DNA from: Patescibacteria group bacterium
GTDB taxonomy: Bacteria; Patescibacteriota; Microgenomatia; UBA10105; UBA927
Direction of reading: 5' to 3'
NCBI GenBank assembly: GCA_035510735.1
Contig: DATKGN010000003.1
Coordinates: 14,208 to 78,207 of the forward strand
DNA: 64,000 nt
Shown: piece after piece, positions 59,716 to 64,000 of the stretch
How positions within the stretch are numbered: the first letter of the stretch is position 1
Layout: each line of letters opens with the position of its first letter
Translations under genes and position numbers: made by a program
The notes under the pieces: generated by a model
Database searches by the model: none
What the model saw: the letters and a program-made list of their open reading frames with translations, nothing else
Told to the model about the DNA's origin: nothing

Positions 59716-60154
59716 TTATATGAAATACAAATTCCTTTGGATTAGCGCAGCTTTACTCTTAGTCGTTGCCATCTATTATATAAAGCATCCGCTTGCGGTC
59801 CGTGTGCAGATTGACGGTCACGTGTTCGTCGTCGATGTTGCCGTCACTAATCAGGAAAAAGAACTTGGGTTAGGGAACCGCGATTATATGCCGCCCGATC
59901 ACGGCATGCTGTTTGTGTACGATCACGTCGAAGCGTATTCCTACTGGATGAAAGGGATGCGGTTTCCGCTTGATATGGTGTGGATTAAAGATAAAACGAT
60001 CGTGGATATTACGAAAAATATCCCAGTTTCCGTTAACGGAAGTTTACCTATTTACACCCCAAAAGTTCCGGTTGATAAGGTGTTGGAGCTTAATGCAGGA
60101 ACGAGCGATACATACCAGATCAAACCAGGGGACACACTCCTCATTACGTTTTGA
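59687..60154 (+). CDS. DUF192 domain protein
   Basis: N-terminal transmembrane segment; ...DHGMLFVYDH...MKGMRFPLDMVWI is typical of DUF192. Confidence 0.65.
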   Translation: MNLFDNDLIDYMKYKFLWISAALLLVVAIYYIKHPLAVRVQIDGHVFVVDVAVTNQEKELGLGNRDYMPPDHGMLFVYDHVEAYSYWMKGMRFPLDMVWIKDKTIVDITKNIPVSVNGSLPIYTPKVPVDKVLELNAGTSDTYQIKPGDTLLITF

Positions 60155-60158
60155 CTCC

Positions 60159-61190
60159 CTAATGAGGCAATAAAGACATTTGCTGCAGATTCATGATTAT
60201 GTACTGGGCCATTTGATGTAAGCCCTCAGGATTTAAATGAGTGGGGTCATTAAATAGTGCGCTCGTAGTGGCAAAGTGGCCCTCAATATCAATAAGTGGA
60301 ATAGACTGCTGTAATGCTACCTCCTGAGTTAGTTTATTATATGATTTGGCATTAAATTGCGTTGTATGATCATCCAAATACGGACGCGTGAGAAATACGA
60401 GATGTATATGATTCGCGCGTGCCTCACGTATAATGTCCGATAAAATTTTCGCATATTCTGTAAGCGATACTCTTGGAACGAGAGGGTAATTTTTCGCCGA
60501 TTTACGCGCAAAAACATGCTTATCAATAATCGATTGCAATAATCGGGCAATCCGCGTGTGAAGAAGCAGTTGGATTTTCTCGATCTGAATAAATGAATAC
60601 TGTTCATCGGAGATCGTGACTTCATGCCCGTCGTTGCCTGAAGGACCGAAAAGTATCATTGACGGCTTATATGGTAATACTGATAAAAATCGGTGGTAAC
60701 TCTGGTATGAAGAATAGCCCCACGCACCGGCGTTTATAACCTGGTAATGTACCCCCAGTATATATTCCAAATATCCGGGCCAACTCACTTCACGACCGGT
60801 TACACGGTCATAATCACGCATACCCAGTGTGTTTGAGTCACCGATTGCGGCAATCCTGTACGTATTATCTTTGTTTGTTTCGGGAATTTCATGGCCTGGA
60901 AAACCCAAAGGGTTAAAAAATTTAATTGATTTTCCGTTTTCCTTAATGGTGTATGCGGGATTTGGCCTCCATATAAGATACGGGTCATACTCGAACGCCT
61001 GGTCCTCGAACATATGATAAAACCGCCAGTCATTTTTCAAATTTGGATCATCTCCATAGGGCGATGTTGCCAGCACCTGAATATGCATGGGATAGTAGTT
61101 ATAGTTAATAGCACGAAGAAACAGCTCGATGAGAACGAGTGCAATAATGACAGAGCCGAGAACAAGCAAACTCCGGCGAATGACGTTCAT
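60159..61190 (-). CDS. SGNH/GDSL hydrolase family protein, membrane-anchored
   Basis: GDSL block AAIGDSNTLGM; a block III/V DPTHLNPEG (DxxH); an N-terminal transmembrane segment. Confidence 0.7.
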   Translation of the reverse strand: MNVIRRSLLVLGSVIIALVLIELFLRAINYNYYPMHIQVLATSPYGDDPNLKNDWRFYHMFEDQAFEYDPYLIWRPNPAYTIKENGKSIKFFNPLGFPGHEIPETNKDNTYRIAAIGDSNTLGMRDYDRVTGREVSWPGYLEYILGVHYQVINAGAWGYSSYQSYHRFLSVLPYKPSMILFGPSGNDGHEVTISDEQYSFIQIEKIQLLLHTRIARLLQSIIDKHVFARKSAKNYPLVPRVSLTEYAKILSDIIREARANHIHLVFLTRPYLDDHTTQFNAKSYNKLTQEVALQQSIPLIDIEGHFATTSALFNDPTHLNPEGLHQMAQYIIMNLQQMSLLPH

Positions 61191-61274
61191 AGGGTGTAGT
61201 ATATCCTCTTTCTTGTTCCATTCAAAAATGATTGTTATAATCCGGTAAGCAGAAGATTAAAATATTCTGCTTGC

Positions 61275-61350
61275 GCGGTAGTAGCTCAGCTGGTAGAGCA
61301 TCAGTTTTCCAAACTGAGGGTCGCGAGTTCAAATCTCGTCTACCGCTCCA
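61275..61350 (+). tRNA. tRNA-Gly (anticodon UCC) with encoded CCA
   Basis: Acceptor GCGGTAG/CTACCGC with discriminator U then CCA, anticodon arm TCAGT-TTTCCAA-ACTGA, T-arm GCGAG-TTCAAAT-CTCGT. Confidence 0.8.
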
Positions 61351-61357
61351 ATCAATT

Positions 61358-61828
61358 TTAGAAATAAGTTCGAAGAATCAATGGAGTTAACTCGACGTCG
61401 CAAGGGATATCGGCTCCAGTTTCCTTGTCCTTCCAGCCATCCCCATCAGGAATCCACACATGTCCGCCTGCTTCCGCAAGCTTAACAAAACCTTGTTTTA
61501 TCCACGGAGTCAGTTCAATTATTTTGCCGGACGGCTCCCTAGAAGGATCCTTAAGGAACGTTATTAACAATTCATCAATATATTTATCTAAAATTACACC
61601 TCCACTCTCATTTTCATATGATCCGGTTTCGGCAACATGAAAGTCAAGTCCGGTTAACAGTCCAAAAGCCTCAACAACTCCCCTTCGGGCATCGAGACTA
61701 ATATTTACAAAAATAGATTTATCAGGCTGTTGATCTCCTGATTTGTCTGTTTCTTGTGGTAATCCTGCCATATTTTCCTTTCTTGAGCAGTAAGAAGCCA
61801 TGCTACATAATGGACGAGGAAAAATCAA
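61358..61828 (-). CDS. Hypothetical protein
   Basis: 156 aa ORF, acidic. The start is possibly the internal MAGLPQ. Confidence 0.4.
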   Translation of the reverse strand: MIFPRPLCSMASYCSRKENMAGLPQETDKSGDQQPDKSIFVNISLDARRGVVEAFGLLTGLDFHVAETGSYENESGGVILDKYIDELLITFLKDPSREPSGKIIELTPWIKQGFVKLAEAGGHVWIPDGDGWKDKETGADIPCDVELTPLILRTYF

Positions 61829-61878
61829 GTTTAGACTAATATTACTGCCTATGTTCCAACCTGATATAATATTTATGT

Positions 61879-61950
61879 GCTCCCATAGTTCAACGGATAG
61901 AACGCGTCCCTTCTAAGGATGTGATGCAAGTTCGATTCTTGCTGGGAGCG
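61879..61950 (+). tRNA. tRNA-Arg (anticodon UCU)
   Basis: Acceptor GCTCCCA/TGGGAGC with discriminator G, anticodon arm CGTCC-CTTCTAA-GGATG, T-arm GCAAG-TTCGATT-CTTGC. Confidence 0.8.
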
Positions 61951-61972
61951 CTCACTAAATGAAGTAACTTGT

Positions 61973-63703
61973 ATGGTAAAAGCCTATATTTCCAAGATCG
62001 TCACGTTCCTTCTCCTGTTGTTCGTTTTTGCATACGCACGACCGGTCTTTGCAATTTCTGACCCTGCGGGCGTACCCAATAACAAATACGGCATTCATAT
62101 CGCCGATTTTAACGATATTCCTGATGTACCCGCTCTTGTAAACAGTTCAGGGGGCGATTGGGGTTACATAACGCTTGTATCGACAGACAGCGACCGCGAT
62201 CGGGGAGTCTGGCAGCGATTATTTGACGAAATGCGCAGGCTTCATGTTATCCCGATCGTGCGCTTAGCAACACATGTAGAAAATGCCGCATGGGTGAAGC
62301 CGAATCCCGGACAGTTTGACGAAATCGTCTCGTTTTTTAATTCACTGAATTGGCCCGTCCAAAACCGCTATATCATCCTTTACAATGAACCGAATCATGC
62401 GAACGAATGGGGAGGGACAATAGATCCAGAGGGATATGCTGATGATCTGGTCACCTTAGGAGGTAAATTTAAACACACATCAAACGATTTTTTTGTACTA
62501 CCCGCCGGCCTTGATGCCTCGGCAGGAACCAATAGCGAATCGCTCGATTCTTTTGCATATCTAAAAAGAATGGTTACTGCGAAACCTGAACTTTTGTCGG
62601 TTATTGATGGATGGACGTCGCATTCATACCCAAATCCGGGCTTCTCAGGGTCGCCATACGCAAGCGGCCGAGGGAGTTTAGGGACGTATAGTGTCGAACT
62701 ATCGCTCCTTCAAACACTCGGGCTTACCAAACAATTGCCTGTTTTTATAACGGAAACGGGTTGGACGCATAGCCAAGGAAAAACGTTACATACGAATTAT
62801 TTATCGCCCGAAGCCGTCGGCCAAAATCTAGTCATCGCCTCACAATCTGTGTGGACCGATAGTCGAATTGTGGCCATAACCCCATTTGTATTCAATTACC
62901 AGGATACTCCGTTTGACAATTTTTCCTGGAAGCAGCTTGGCAGCAACACGTTTTACGCTCAGTATGATGCGTATAGGAATATTCCAAAAACGGCCGGGCA
63001 TCCAATGCAGACGGAATCGTATAAACTATCCTCCGCATTACTTCCTAAATCCCTTGTTGCAAATTCAACCTATACGCTATCAACGGTCATCACCAACCAA
63101 GGTGAAGGCATTCTCAATCCATCGGACGATTACTCTCTTTTGTTTTATGACGAAAAGCAGGGTTTTTCTGTTATCGCCGATCCGCTGCCAACGCTCGAGC
63201 CCGGAGAAAAGGGGATAGTGACCCTTCATATAAAAACGCCCTACGTCGCAGGCGAATATCCAGTAAAACTCTCTTTTGTTCATGATGGACGACAGATTCC
63301 GCTTGAGAGCCGTACAATAAGTATTGTGCCGCCTCCGTCAATCCGCGTATATACCCAATTAGGCTGGCGAAGGTCGAGTAACGCAGAGGATGTCTCGGTC
63401 ATTGTCTATGACGGGGCGACGATCATTCATAAGTTAACGGGTTTATCCATTCAAAACGGTGAGGTGACCGCAAACGGTCTTGCGAACATTATTCCTGACA
63501 AAGAATACCGTGTTGTTGTGTTGGTTCCGTATTATCTGCCCAGGCAAATGGTCATCGCACTAGGTCCACAGGAGACGACAATCCACATGAAGCGATTTTA
63601 CCCGCTTGATATCGATGGCGACGGCAAATTCACCTTATCGGATGTATGGAGCTTGTTAACGAGCCCTCCGAAAAATATGCTTCAGTTGTTTGTCGGATCC
63701 TGA
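61973..63703 (+). CDS. Secreted glycoside-hydrolase-like (clan GH-A-like) protein with a C-terminal dockerin-like Ca-binding motif
   Basis: Signal peptide; YNEPNH (the acid/base NEP motif) and FITETGWT (nucleophile-like); a C-terminal DIDGDGKFTLSDVWSLL resembling a dockerin repeat. Confidence 0.5.
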   Translation: MVKAYISKIVTFLLLLFVFAYARPVFAISDPAGVPNNKYGIHIADFNDIPDVPALVNSSGGDWGYITLVSTDSDRDRGVWQRLFDEMRRLHVIPIVRLATHVENAAWVKPNPGQFDEIVSFFNSLNWPVQNRYIILYNEPNHANEWGGTIDPEGYADDLVTLGGKFKHTSNDFFVLPAGLDASAGTNSESLDSFAYLKRMVTAKPELLSVIDGWTSHSYPNPGFSGSPYASGRGSLGTYSVELSLLQTLGLTKQLPVFITETGWTHSQGKTLHTNYLSPEAVGQNLVIASQSVWTDSRIVAITPFVFNYQDTPFDNFSWKQLGSNTFYAQYDAYRNIPKTAGHPMQTESYKLSSALLPKSLVANSTYTLSTVITNQGEGILNPSDDYSLLFYDEKQGFSVIADPLPTLEPGEKGIVTLHIKTPYVAGEYPVKLSFVHDGRQIPLESRTISIVPPPSIRVYTQLGWRRSSNAEDVSVIVYDGATIIHKLTGLSIQNGEVTANGLANIIPDKEYRVVVLVPYYLPRQMVIALGPQETTIHMKRFYPLDIDGDGKFTLSDVWSLLTSPPKNMLQLFVGS

Positions 63704-63754
63704 GCTTCCGAAATCACGTTTTTTACGCTATACTATAGACATTGGTGAAGGATT

Positions 63755-63830
63755 GGTGACGTGTGCCGGACGGTTAGGCACCTCCCTGTGGAGGAGGCCA
63801 TAACGGGTTCAACTCCCGTACGTCACCCCA
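63755..63830 (+). tRNA. tRNA-His (anticodon GUG) with an encoded G-1 and CCA
   Basis: An extra 5' G pairs with discriminator C; anticodon arm CCTCC-CTGTGGA-GGAGG; T-arm ACGGG-TTCAACT-CCCGT; a 3' CCA. Confidence 0.85.
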
Positions 63831-64000
63831 ATTTATATTTTGAGGCTGCAATTCACCTGTTTGGATTGTTGTATTGCTCTTTTGTTAAGTTCGAACTGCG
63901 TCCATTAAACCGACCATTTGGTATTGAGTTAGCCTGTTGATACTTGACAATTACTACAATTGAGAGCAGTATGCTAAACACACTAACTTATAAAATGAAG

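Overview
This 64 kb window looks like a small-genome, CPR/Patescibacteria-like bacterium; that is my inference from gene content, not a taxonomic assignment. Most of it is housekeeping.

Called genes, in order: a 5'-truncated carbamoyltransferase, a type IV pilin, a GT39 membrane glycosyltransferase and an acyltransferase-3 gene. Then tRNA-Glu, tdk, a Y-family DNA polymerase, rarA, a NUDIX hydrolase, a short HolA-like gene, a phosphohexomutase and a sugar-phosphate isomerase. Next come ppsA, eno, an archaeal-type bifunctional FBP aldolase/phosphatase, an acyl-CoA synthetase, rsmI and dedA. A lexA | uvrB-uvrA-(transglutaminase-like)-uvrC block follows, then a DUF360 membrane protein, yvcK, secG, an ABC substrate-binding protein, a MacAB-like efflux trio, a polysaccharide deacetylase, an LCP protein and a methyltransferase. 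After a tRNA-rich stretch (11 tRNAs in the window) come alr, a C39-like peptidase, two tandem ddl-like ATP-grasp ligases, a C45 Ntn-hydrolase, a polyprenyl synthetase, DUF192, an SGNH hydrolase and a secreted GH-like protein.

The most unusual structure is an AT-rich roughly 5 kb array at 6.8-11.8 kb. It has six consecutive same-strand orphan ORFs (one divergent NDK-like), each followed by a conserved ~90 nt repeat starting CCCCTACGAGACCATATACGAACCTGG. It sits next to tRNA-Glu with no integrase visible, and resembles an integron-like / CALIN cassette array or a new intergenic repeat family.

Other items worth a second look:
- an AT-rich DUF6883-DUF4926-hypothetical islet beside lexA
- a secreted transglutaminase-like gene inserted between uvrA and uvrC
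- an alr / C39-peptidase / 2x ddl cluster
- a 29 nt A/C-rich motif repeated 23 kb apart
- a ~0.55 kb noncoding stretch with direct and inverted repeats inside a tRNA cluster
- three tRNAs with a non-canonical UCC T-loop

No CRISPR array, rRNA or recognisable transposase/integrase was seen.
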